Assembly: GCA_965644265.1 (NCBI GenBank)
Contig: OZ286464.1
Location: 35,650,001 to 35,714,000 of the forward strand
Source of the DNA: Glycera tridactyla
Taxonomy: Eukaryota
Length of the DNA: 64,000 nucleotides
Direction of reading: 5' to 3'
How positions within the stretch are numbered: the stretch's first letter is position 1; each line of letters starts with the position of its first letter. Shown here in pieces: positions 25,292-37,000 of this stretch. The position numbers were made by a program, and so were the translations under genes. The notes below the pieces were generated by a model. The model searched no databases, was not told where the DNA came from, and saw nothing but the letters and a program-made list of their open reading frames with translations.

Positions 25292-26958
25292 AGAAACCAC
25301 CGGGCAGACCAACTGTGTCTGCCAATGAATGTCCAACAGAGAAAATCTCGGAACTCGTTGATTTTTTCCTGAAACCGATGATGCACAAAATAGACTCCTA
25401 TCTCAAGGATACATCACATTTTATCCTTGAAAAAGAATCTCTATCATCGGTCCCAAAGGACAGCATCCTGGTCACAATAGATGTCACGAGCTTATACACC
25501 AACATTCCCATAACAGAGGGCGTGGAAAGTGTAGGTAGATTTCTAGATAAACACCGGAGCCCTTATGCCAACCCAAAGAACTCGAGCTTATTGGAGCTGC
25601 TGGACCTGACCCTTAGATGTAATAACTTTCAGTTTAATGAGAGTAATTACTTACAGATTGGAGGAACAGCAATGGGAATGAGGGTGGCACCAAGTCTGGC
25701 AAACATTTTTATGGCAGACCTGGAATCACGGTTTATCTATAGCTACAAGAGCCAACCGATCTTCTACCGAAGGTATCTGGATGATATAATTTTCATCTGG
25801 ACTCACGGTGAGAAAGACCTACAGGAATTCTTAAGGTACCTGAACACATGCCACCATAGTATAAAATTCACTATGGAAGCTTCGTCTTCACATATCAATT
25901 TCCTCGACACCACCTTTCATAAGGACAGTGCAGGGAAACTCTGGCTGGATTTGTACAGTAAACCAACAGATAGCCATACATATTTACATTACAAATCTAG
26001 CCATCCGAACCATTGCAAACGCAGTCTTCAGTACAGCCAGATGCTGAGAATTAGACGCATTTGCTCCGAAGCAAGGGACTTCCTGAAACAAGCAGTTGTT
26101 CTTTGTTGTCATTTTATCGGAAGAGGGTATCCGGTCCCGCTTCTGATCGAGAGCTTCCAGAACGCCACCTCAAAACCGAGAAGTGACATTCTGGAAACAC
26201 AACGAAAAACACAGCAAACCATTGATGAGGAAAATGACAGAATTTTCCTTATCACCACTTACTCACCAGGCTTCAATGACATCAGAGAAATGATCAATAG
26301 ACATTGGGACCTTTTGAGACGCTCGTCTGCAACCAAGGTACTGGCTGAAACACGCGTAGTCTTTGGAAACAGAAAACCACCCAGCTTGAGGAACATTTTA
26401 GTTAGAGCTAAACTACCACAAGAAGTCACTTCGAAAGAAAGACACCCATGCAGTAAGTACCGGAACAGATGCAAATACAGGAAATGCCAGTTCTGCCCTC
26501 TGCTGGACACGTCAGGAAGGATATCCAGCACACACACTGGACGATCCTACGAATGCAAGAAAAACATCAAATGCCAGAGCAGTAATGTTATTTATTGCAT
26601 CCACTGTAAAGTATGCTCCAAACAATATGTGGGACAAACGGGGAACACCCTCCATGAACGGTTTGGGGCTCACTCTGGGAATATAGTCAGAAAGAACCTG
26701 AAAGATGACATTGGGAGGCACTTTCTATCTCAGGGACACCATGGACTGCGGGATATGCGAATCTATATTTTAGATTTCATTCACAGTCACCCAAAAACGC
26801 AGTATGCATTGACACTACGCCTCCAGATCGAATTCAATTGGATCCAGAGACTAAGGACCATGCTGCCAATGGGACTAAACACGAAGGACAGAACGCCACT
26901 GGAAACCGGATGTCGACAGTGGCGCCACTACCGAGAAGATGGCAAGTACAAGAATTAG
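25288..26958 (+). CDS. PLE reverse transcriptase-GIY-YIG polyprotein, N-terminally truncated but uninterrupted
   Basis: ORF track plus the motifs listed for the element; the apparent ATG is created by the (AT)n junction. Confidence 0.85.
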
Positions 26959-27846
26959 GGATGGAGTTTTTTTCTCACATGAAATTTGAACAGATCCCTA
27001 TTTTTAGCTACTCGCAAAGCATGAAGGAGGACCTCCAATCGGAGAATCCACCTAACTGTGCATGTCCCAGTGGGAACTAAAATATGAATTATCACTTCAT
27101 ATAATCCGGAGAGATGAGATGGGCATCCCGGTGGCATTTTGCCACGTCTACCTAATTCCTTATATGTACCGCTGCCGGAATGCCTACATCACCACTCTGG
27201 GTGCAAATTCCTATCCAATTGACATCACTCACCCAAGTGATGAAATTTGGATCTTCCAGTGACCGCCGTTGACGTTAAAACAATATAGATGAATTTGAGT
27301 GCCTTCATAAAAAATGAAGGCACTTATACACATCTTACAACAGAGAAAAATACTCTCGAAGTTACGATCCCACTTCCCAGGAACCCAGAAATAGCTCAGC
27401 AGCGATTTATCGGGACGCAAAATCTGGTTGAAATTGTGACTGAAAAATTCAGCAGGGTGGGACTATTATCCTTTGGGAAAGCCCTCCTCTCAGTGTTGAC
27501 CTATGGAGGTGATATTGAACTTTCTTTAATATCACCTTCAACAAGTAGGTTATACACTGACCAGGTGACTGATGAGGCCCATATGGCCGAAACTTGGAAT
27601 GTGGCAAACTTCACTTATCTGGGAAGCATGCCAAACCACCACCAGGATGGAGCAGGGGACAGTTCCATCTGGTGGGGGCTCACTGCATCGTTAGTGCAAT
27701 TTTTCAACACCAGGGCCATATGGCTCGGCGTTGCTACGTTGCGTCAACACATGATTCAGTGACGTCACCACTGGCGGTTATAAACAACCCAATCATTCCG
27801 AGTCTCACTTTCATTGTGTACGGATGTATTTTGCCACGTCGACCAC
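25290..27846 (+). mobile_element. Penelope-like retrotransposon (RT + GIY-YIG endonuclease), 5'-truncated
   Basis: The 556-codon ORF 25288-26958 has RT motifs (GRPTVS, TIDVTSLYTNIP, GTAMG, YRRYLDDI), a Cys-rich linker (CKYRKCQFC) and GIY-YIG (NVIYCIHCKVCSKQYVGQT...WIQRLRTMLPMGLN). It begins abruptly at (AT)29; (AT)5 at 27847-27856 is the likely 3' boundary. Confidence 0.93.
27542..27596 (+). ncRNA. Hammerhead ribozyme-like core in the PLE 3' region
   Basis: CTGATGA (27569-27575), stem II GGCC-catat-GGCC, then GAAAC (27589-27593). Upstream CAAGT(A) can pair with ACTTG as stem III. No canonical stem I was found by eye. Confidence 0.55.
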
Positions 27847-27861
27847 ATATATATATGTGTA

Positions 27862-28170
27862 TGTTTGATTGTTTGTTTGTTTGTTTGTTTGGGTTTGACG
27901 TCCTCTCAACCACCTTGGCTTATATCAGACTGTAAAATGCTCACGAAAAGACACTGCTGCCGGGGCAGTCCAAGGGACAGCGGTGGATCTTTTACATGCA
28001 TACAGGAACAGACTGCCATACACACGGCCAGCCTTTGATATCCCAGTCGGCATGCACTGGGTTAGCATGTACAAGATTCATATTTGTCCAAATACTCCCA
28101 AATCATGCAAATGATCAAATATGTTTGTTGGATCAACTCCCATGAAAAGTTGTGTCATATTTTTCCACAT
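27862..28170 (-). mobile_element. SINE-like family B (about 14 copies in the window)
   Basis: Shared core ttatatc(g/a)gactg...ctactctttgcgaaagacagcagtgg...gatatcccagtcggcatgcactggg with a (AAAC)n tail. Other copies at approx. 2680, 5530, 16325, 28893, 32690, 41465, 45530, 48442, 48960, 49605, 50590, 58770 and 63585. Confidence 0.8.
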
Positions 28171-30299
28171 TGTAATGGTCTACTCTAATTTGCGAAAACT
28201 CTCTACAGTTCAGCAATAAATGCTTGTCTGAGGTGGCATCCGCGTGTGAAGCAATTAGGATTGCCTCTCTTTTCCGAAAAGTGTGAATGGTGTGAATGTC
28301 CTATCCTGCACACAATGGGTGTCAAAAGGAATATGTTATTGGTTGTTATTCAGCGGCAATTATCTACACAGACGCTCATGTATGCCGAGTTTTACTGATC
28401 AATGGAAGCTAGATGTTCTGTCCCCTGTAGGCATCACTCACATGAATCCTGTACACGATATAACCGGAACCAGAAAATCAGTCAATCGGAAGTAGCTGTC
28501 GGTTCAGATCCACCTCTGCTCACATACATTAATACAAAAGAACCCAATGATGACAGAACTAACTGTAACTAGCTGGAGGTTGTAGTTGACACTCAAGTTT
28601 GAAGCAATGTTTTACACAAACCACTATCATTAGACCATGGGAATGCCTCAGGTTCGGAGGGTACATGTCATTACTATCCGCGTGTGTCATGGAGTTGTTT
28701 ACGATATTTAATTCCAGCAAAGGGAATGTCACAGAGATCTGTCCATGATTCATACTGCCGCCAGGACACCACAACAATATCAGCATCCATCCATTTAATG
28801 TCCATTTCATTTTGACATGATTGATGGAATCGAATCGCCATTCATGTATAAAGCATGCCAGTGTACCCGGGAGGCTGACAAGTTCCTTAATGTCTGTTTG
28901 TTTGTTTGGGTTTAACGTCCTTCCAAGCATATTGAGTTATATCGGACTGAAAAACTGAAAATACTGAAGAAAAGAGTCATCGCTGCCGGGGGCCGTTTCT
29001 ACTCATTGTGGAGGAGAGCAGTGGTTCTTTGACGTGCATACAAGGAAAGACTACCATACACACGGCCTTTGGTATCCCAGTCAGCATGCACAGCGTTTCT
29101 TCTCGATTTTCCTTAGTGATACTCCTTATTGTTCCTTAGTGATACATCTATTCTGTCGCAGCGACAAAATTCAAACTACGTCTCGCCATTCAATCCAGAA
29201 AGCATTCTCAGAGATACAGAGATGCTGCTAGTGATGGTGTGATATAACTACTATTTCATCTCTATGTTATGTTTGATCAATTCTCTGGAAATACTCACAT
29301 ACACGCGATTGGCTAGCTGGATGTTCCGAGTCCCAATGAGCAGCAACCCTATTTTGTGTTTTCTCAGGGTGGACGGAAGTACCTCAAGCATATAGATCAG
29401 TGACCTGTCCTATAACACACAATCATTGTCCTGTTTGCCTACCCATGCGATCAGCATGAGAAGAGTTTATAGTCATATTAGTAATGAGACTTTGAGTGTT
29501 TGCAAGAAGAAACCCACCTTCACTACCGCGTAAATTGAAAGAATCTTTTATGGAAACATTGACCAATGATCATATGTTTTCATATTCGGAAACCACACTT
29601 CTTAACTAGTCAAACCAAACAAGATGGCAAACAGAAGGACAGGGAAAGGAGAAGGGGAAATCTCCATGGTAGTCAAAAAACAGTAGAATATACTGCTCAC
29701 AGATAGGATATAATATGTTACACGGTTTGAGGTTTCTAATATGCCCCAATGGAACGGACATATAAGGCAAGGTCAACAGTCAATGTACATGGTTTGTTTG
29801 TTAGTTTGTTTTGGGTTTAATGGCATGTATCGACCTAGAAGATTATGTATGCCGCGTATTCCTTGTCAATGAAAGCTATGTGATATCTTCCCTGCAGCCA
29901 TTACTCTCACAAACCCTGAACACAAGATGATGGGCCGAGGTCGATTAGCAATACAATCACATCCTGTGCATTACATTCCAGGACTATCGGTGATCCGAAC
30001 TGAATAATACCAGAAATGCACATTGGGAATGGCAGGTCAAACACAATTATGGGAATGAAGTGGAAGGTCTTTCTGTTCAACATCTACTGGCAAATCAGAA
30101 GAACAGAAGAGGTGATCGAAGGAGGACGGTGGTTGGTTTTTTGTTTCAATTCCAATACTTAGATTTCTATTTCAGTAATAGAAACAGGAAGTGGGAGGCA
30201 TCTTATTGCTACCTTGTGTCAATGCTCCATTGGAAATGAATCAATTTATTCTCTACTCAGTATAGTCGCACTGGAGCTGGTGAGATAAAAAGTGAGCAT

Positions 30300-30972
30300 A
30301 CAATCAGTCAGTGAGGGAGTCAATNNNNNNNNNNNNNNNNNNNNNNNNNNNNNNNNNNNNNNNNNNNNNNNNNNNNNNNNNNNNNNNNNNNNNNNNNNNN
30401 NNNNNNNNNNNNNNNNNNNNNNNNNNNNNNNNNNNNNNNNNNNNNNNNNNNNNNNNNNNNNNNNNNNNNNNNNNNNNNNNNNNNNNNNNNNNNNNNNNNN
30501 NNNNNNNNNNNNNNNNNNNNNNNNNNNNNNNNNNNNNNNNNNNNNNNNNNNNNNNNNNNNNNNNNNNNNNNNNNNNNNNNNNNNNNNNNNNNNNNNNNNN
30601 NNNNNNNNNNNNNNNNNNNNNNNNNNNNNNNNNNNNNNNNNNNNNNNNNNNNNNNNNNNNNNNNNNNNNGTCAGTCATACAGCCAGTCGGTGAGTCGGAG
30701 TCAGTCAGTCAGTTGTCAGCCAGTCGTCAGTCAGTCGGTCAGTCGTCAGTCAGCCAACCAGTCAGTCGGCCAATCAGTCAGTTAGTCAATTAGTCAGTCA
30801 GTCAGTCAGACAGCCACTCAGTCGGTCGGTGAGTCAGTCAATCAGTCGTCAGTGAGTCATCAGTCAGTCGTCAGCCAGTCTGTCTGTCAGTCAGTCAGTC
30901 AGTCAGACAGACAGTCAGTCAGTCGGTCAATCAGTCAGTCAGTCAGTCAGTCAGCCAGTCAGTCAGTTAGTC
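30300..30972. repeat. (GTCA)n microsatellite spanning an N gap
   Basis: Direct read; gap at 30325-30669. Confidence 0.9.
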
Positions 30973-31550
30973 GGTTGATTGCACCTTCAGTGCTATGTTG
31001 AAACACTCATGCAATGAAAAACAGTGAGATCATTCAAGAATCCTTCTGGGTGCTCAAATGTAGATAGGAATTTATGGAATGCATAGACACTTAAGGTGTC
31101 ATTTCGGGATCCCTCAAGTATGTAAGGTTTAAAAGATGGTAATTATAGGGATTTTCATGTGTAGGTGACAGCAAGGGTTGGTGTAGTGGCATGATATTGT
31201 GATGTACATTTTTAGATTGAATTATCCTCGTTATTCTGCTAGCAATATGTCATGCTATAACGGAGGTTTTTTATACAGAGGAATGGCAACCTCTANNNNN
31301 NNNNNNNNNNNNNNNNNNNNNNNNNNNNNNNNNNNNNNNNNNNNNNNNNNNNNNNNNNNNNNNNNNNNNNNNNNNNNNNNNNNNNNNNNNNNNNNNNNNN
31401 NNNNNNNNNNNNNNNNNNNNNNNNNNNNNNNNNNNNNNNNNNNNNNNNNNNNNNNNNNNNNNNNNNNNNNNNNNNNNNNNNNNNNNNNNNNNNNNNNNNN
31501 NNNNNNNNNNNNNNNNNNNNNNNNNNNNNNNNNNNNNNNNNNNNNNNNNN

Positions 31551-32040
31551 NAATTGAAGCTCATATGCATACTCAAACTGATCGCAGATTTCGAAAAGTG
31601 ACCAAATTGGCCTAATTACCTAAGTATGACAAGAATTACACACAAACACAAAACATAACCAAGTTGCAAGCACAATGCTTAGTTCTGAGCATTCCAAGGC
31701 ATAAATGCACAAAAGGTTTGCATACATACACACAGCTCATTGAGAAGGACAGACACACCAGGGCTCTGTGTTGGCCAAATATTTGATTTTAGGCTCAATA
31801 CAATTTTTGTTAGTTTTAGCTGAAAACACAATCAGGTGTGACCGAATTAGCCCAATTATTCCGTTGTCAACAAGTGATTTATAAAAAAAACCTGACAAAC
31901 TTTTATGGACAATGGCTATATCTCATCAATAAAACAATCACAATCAAAATCCGTTGAGAATTGAGGGAGAAGACCACGACGGACGACGGACGACGCATGA
32001 TGGCATAAGCTCATCAGCCTTCAGCCAGATGAGCTAGAAA
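31551..32040 (+). mobile_element. HINE/Helentron-associated-like non-autonomous element (similar piece at ~20755-21115)
   Basis: Short gacg-type microsatellite followed by a 3' hairpin agctcatc-N12-gatgagct and an A-run. The classification is an inference from architecture only. Confidence 0.45.
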
Positions 32041-34078
32041 TATCCGATAGCTTTCACTATGTTAGCATTCAAAATTACATAGATGTTGATATCGCAAAGT
32101 TAAACACCGGTGCTGTTACTCTGGACTGGACAAAACATTTTGAGTAGAATAGAGCAGTTGAATAATTTGATAATTATAGTAATTCTAAAAATTCTGGCAA
32201 TGAGGTCCCCATACCACTATCATTAACGGGAATAAGCTGGTCTATTTTACGAAGCTGGTCCATTCCTTCATTTTATACAATTACACATCATTAGTGAGTA
32301 ATCACACTAGTTATGACACCAGCTCTGTTGTAAATGATCCATCATTCATTTATCAGTTCCAACACTACAAGGAATAAAAGCTCCAATAAATTTATTCAGG
32401 GGTGTGTTATGGACACATCTTCCTCGGCTTCTACAACAAATTACCCACAATATATACAATACAGTGTACATCGTCCTACGTATAAATGACATTACCAAAA
32501 TGTTTCCTGAAATGACACTTTTTGTCTGTGATTTTCATATCATTTCACCTTCCGTTTGGGACCCAGAAGGAGGAGTCTTGGAAGATCCCACCCATGCCCA
32601 TTGCATGGGCGTCACAATATAGCCCAGATGGTGCTGACGTGACGTTAAACCACAACCAACCAACCAACCAACTACTGATAAATGAAATAGATGATTGTTT
32701 GTTTGTTGGTTTGTTTGTTTAGGTTTAACATCCTTTCAACCAGCTTTGGTTATATCAGACTGGAAAACTGAAAATGCTGAAGAAAAGAGGCTGGGCTGCC
32801 GGGGGCCGTCCCAACTCTTTGCGAAAGACAGTGGTGGTACTTTTACATGTGTACAGGAAGTGACTCCTATATACACGGCCGGCATTTGATATCCCAGTTT
32901 GCATGCACTGGGTTAGCATGCATATGATTCATGTCTGTCTGAATACTCCCAATTCATGCAAATAATCGAATATGTCTGTTGGATCGACTTTCATGAAATG
33001 TTGTGCCATATTTCCAATACTGATAATTTTGGCTTAGCTAGCTTGGTAAGTCATGCATCTTCAACACGTTTCCACCATTAGTAATTCGGTTTTTCTGACA
33101 TCTGCTCCAAAGACGCAAAATTGTCAAACACTCATGCTTGCTTCGATTTGATCACTTTCGTTCAAATAGTCACTGATGCACCTCCAAACTATAGTTGGTT
33201 GTTTGTTTCATGTCCTGCAAAGAAGACCATCCTGGCTATATTGAGAAGCTCAAGCAACGTACATGATATCATTCAAGATTCCCTCTGGTCTGAAATGAAA
33301 GCTTCCATTTGAACAAGCAGGCCAACAATCATACTCAGTAGGAATGATCGGACAATCCCAAATATGAATGGGCACCAACATGGTGATGAATAGGATGAAT
33401 GACATTATACTACTGGTGACCTTTTTGGTGAGACTAACATCCACAAATTATCCTGCAGTCAGTGACATCAGGAATCGTAGGTCAGATAGTTTGGGCAAGG
33501 CATTTAAAATGAGACTAATCAGGCACCGGTGAGAAATCTTCACATGCCCAATAGGCATAGCCCAGAGACTTTTATGTGTCACAGAAATAACACAGTCTGT
33601 TCACCGAATAAAAAACCCTTGGTTGCCTCTGCTTGGCTTGCTGTGGAAGTCAAGACTTCTCCCAGTAACTAGGCGGTAATCAGTAAGGTTAGAACTAACT
33701 CTGATTTTAGCCAACAGTGCACGATCCTGAATGAACGATGGCCCATGTGTTCAGTGAAGGTGCCCAAGGGCTTGGTGGTGCAGCCCTCAGGCTATTCTGT
33801 TTGGTTAGCAGAACAAGTGTTTGCCAAATCCCCTACCAAACATTCCCTAACTTTAGTGTAAAAAAAGTTGAGAACCCCATCTCTGCTAAAAAGTATAACA
33901 GAAAGTTTGCAACTGTTGGCTGCAACTATTTTTGGTAGTTCTTTGAACTGAGTGAAAAAAGCAAGTGTTACTGCCCATGCCCATTTATGTTGATGTACAC
34001 TGATTCCAGAACTAATTGCATTTTTTGAGAGACGTGAATGTCCTGATTTATCAACAATACGCGATCCGATGACTAGTG

Positions 34079-37000
34079 CTATGACATGAGAGGCGGTGTT
34101 CCATTCACAGCCTTGTCACGACCTTTGCCATCTTCCAACATGGCGTCATCCTCCTCCCCGGACAGACAGCTCATAATCTTCCGACCACGTGGTAGCTTTG
34201 TGGAGGAGGGACGATCAGGCACCACGATGTCCTTCATCAGCAAAGACTCTGGCTCTGGTACCGGCGGCAACTGCAAATATGACACAAAACAAGGTTCCTT
34301 AATAAAGTCATGGCTCCAGCTCTGATGAAGGTGGTACCTGTGAATATAAGATGGAACGAGTCCTCTTAATAATTGATGACTCCAGCTGCTCTGGCACAGG
34401 AGGTAGCTGCAAGTGAAAAGCAAAACGACTTTCTTCCAGAAGGCAATGACTCCGACCATGGCACAGGTGGTGACCGCAAACATAATACAGTACAAGTTTC
34501 ATTATGAAAGAGCATGACAATAGCTCTGGTACAGTTGGTTACTATGGATATGAGATGATGAATCAAGATTTCTAAAATAAAATATGCCTCAAACTCTGGT
34601 GCGGGTGGTAACTGCAAGTTTTTCAAAAAGGTATCATTCTGCATATGGCCATCCCTCTCAACCCATTGATGAGAATACGAACAATCCAACAAAGCTGTAC
34701 ATAGTGCTACTCCAGGAAGTCTGATAAAAAATGACAAACATGGTAAGCCTACCAGAGTGAAGGGGATTGTTGCGGCAGGCGTACTGTACATTTACCAACA
34801 TCATTTTATTACATGATATATTGACTAGGTTGGGTTCATGAGTTGGTACCTATTCTATAACATTCGCATGTTACTCGTGCTTACATACCCCTAACATGTC
34901 TTGAGCATTTCAGCATAATCTTTTGAAGATGACCGGCATTAGCTGGGTATAGCCGATGAAGAGTTCAATGTAGACATCGGGATGGCTATGTTAGCACTAG
35001 TGAGGTGAGAATATCGTTGAATAACACTTTTCAAACTCAAAAAAGAGCAGATATGAGCCGGCTCAGTGAGATATCAGCCTTATATATGAAATAGGCCTGA
35101 TTCGATGAGTGACTCTACCTGTTTGTCATAGTCAACCCCGCAGCGGAAGGGTTCACGGCAGGTAGCAGGACAGCAGGTACAGGCACGGTCACAGATAGGG
35201 TAGAAAAAACGCGGGTCCATCTCACCCACCCGACGATTACCACCTGGAAATAAGCCCAAAGTATAATCCAATATTGTATCATGAAATATACCTGCATCTC
35301 AAGTCTGGAACTTATCTCATGATGTTTCATACCATAATGTCGTATTGCATCATTCTGTTCATTATTGCATTGTATTGAACCATATCGTATCATATCATTA
35401 TATTGTATTGTATTCTGATGTGGCAGTGGCAGCTTTGGCAGCGGTGGTGGCAATCTTTGTCATGATAGTCTTCATTGTTATTGTCATCGCCGGCGTCTTC
35501 GCTTCATCGCAACCATCCCGATGCCAACGCCATCAAATTCAAAGCTAATCTTTTATCTGTTATCTAACAACAGTGTGCAAACCCGGATACACAATAAAAT
35601 CATTCTGAAAAAAACCGATCAGAACCAGGTCATGTTGTTCAGCCCGGGAAAAGTCAAGAGTAGCAGTCGAATAATGAATGATTAGTCAATGAAATTGTAG
35701 AACATCGTTATCACCCAACCACCAGTCCCCCAAGACCTGTCACTGTCATCGTCGTCACCGTCGCCACCGCTGCCACCATCGTCGTCGTCATCTCTGACAA
35801 TTCCATTTGATTTCCCTGACCTGTGATGATGCTGACTATAAGGCCAACGATAATAGTGACCAAGATGGCCATCGTCGAATAGTACATGTAGGACAACTCG
35901 TAGATCTTCAGATGATCCGGCCTGCAAGATAATCAAACATTTCAGTTCATTCACGTAAAGGAGATGGTGGGATTGATCTAGTCAAATTAACCTCAAAATG
36001 GAATGAGCAAAATGGAATGAGCATGAAACCTGATTAGGGTCTCTTGGTGTCTGCAAGGGAAATGGAGTGTGCACCTTGGCTGGGTTCTTCAGCTGCTATT
36101 TTATCATTCGAAAGTCTAGGCGCTCTCCAGGTTACATTCATTCTATTATACGTAACAATTCTCATCATGACCCAATAACTAGGGTTATCTAGAGCAACTT
36201 GCAGCATTGCATCCGAAAATTAGGGGAGATATTGTGCTTTATGCTACCTGATATTGAGTATTGTCTTACGTGGGATCGTTTTCCTTGTCGAAGAATGCGG
36301 TAGTAGAGTTGTAAAAAGCCTCGGTGAGGTTTCCCATGTGTGCCTCACATCCTGTGATGTTTGCTGGCAGCTTTGGTATAGGGATCCCCGCCAGAACTGT
36401 CCCAACACCCACCCAGCATGTCAATACCAGGCTTGTCAACATGCCCACCAACGCACCCTAGAGACAATGTAGAGAATCATGTAAGATGACAAATACCGAT
36501 TTATTCCATCCATCCATCTATCTATCTATATATCTATCCATCTATCTGAATCTCTGTCTGTCTGACTGTCGCTCTATCCGTTTGTCTACCAGTCCATCTG
36601 TGTTTGCGTCCATCTGTCCGTCCAACCATCCATCCATCTGTCTGTCCATCCATCTATCCTTCTATCCATCTATCTAGCTATCCATCCATCCATCCATCCA
36701 TCCATCAATCCATCCATCCATCTATCCATCAATTCATCCATCCATCCATCTATCTAATCTTCTTGCCCAGTTGCCATAAAGAATTGAAATCAAAATTCCG
36801 CCTGCATCCATAATATATTCATTGGCCGTATTCCTATTTTCCACTAGTCCATCAGGCAGGTCATTGAGGATGTAACGTTAGATGCCACCATTTCACCGAA
36901 CACGATTGACATCTGAAATTAGCTTGAAGATTTCCCAGGGAAATGATTTTTTTTTGGAAGACTATTTCAGTTAGAAGAACAGGGCCAATTTTGAGTGGAC

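Noticed and set aside
26959-27300. SECIS element or selenocysteine recoding in the PLE
   Set aside because: No in-frame TGA in the ORF (the stop is TAG) and no AUGA/AA/GA SECIS fold found by eye.
35119-35243. Cys-rich tail segment ([12 protein letters not shown]) as a novel metal-binding domain
   Set aside because: Similar Cys-rich cytoplasmic segments are, to my recollection, usual in invertebrate SMCT-like proteins; no evidence of novelty.
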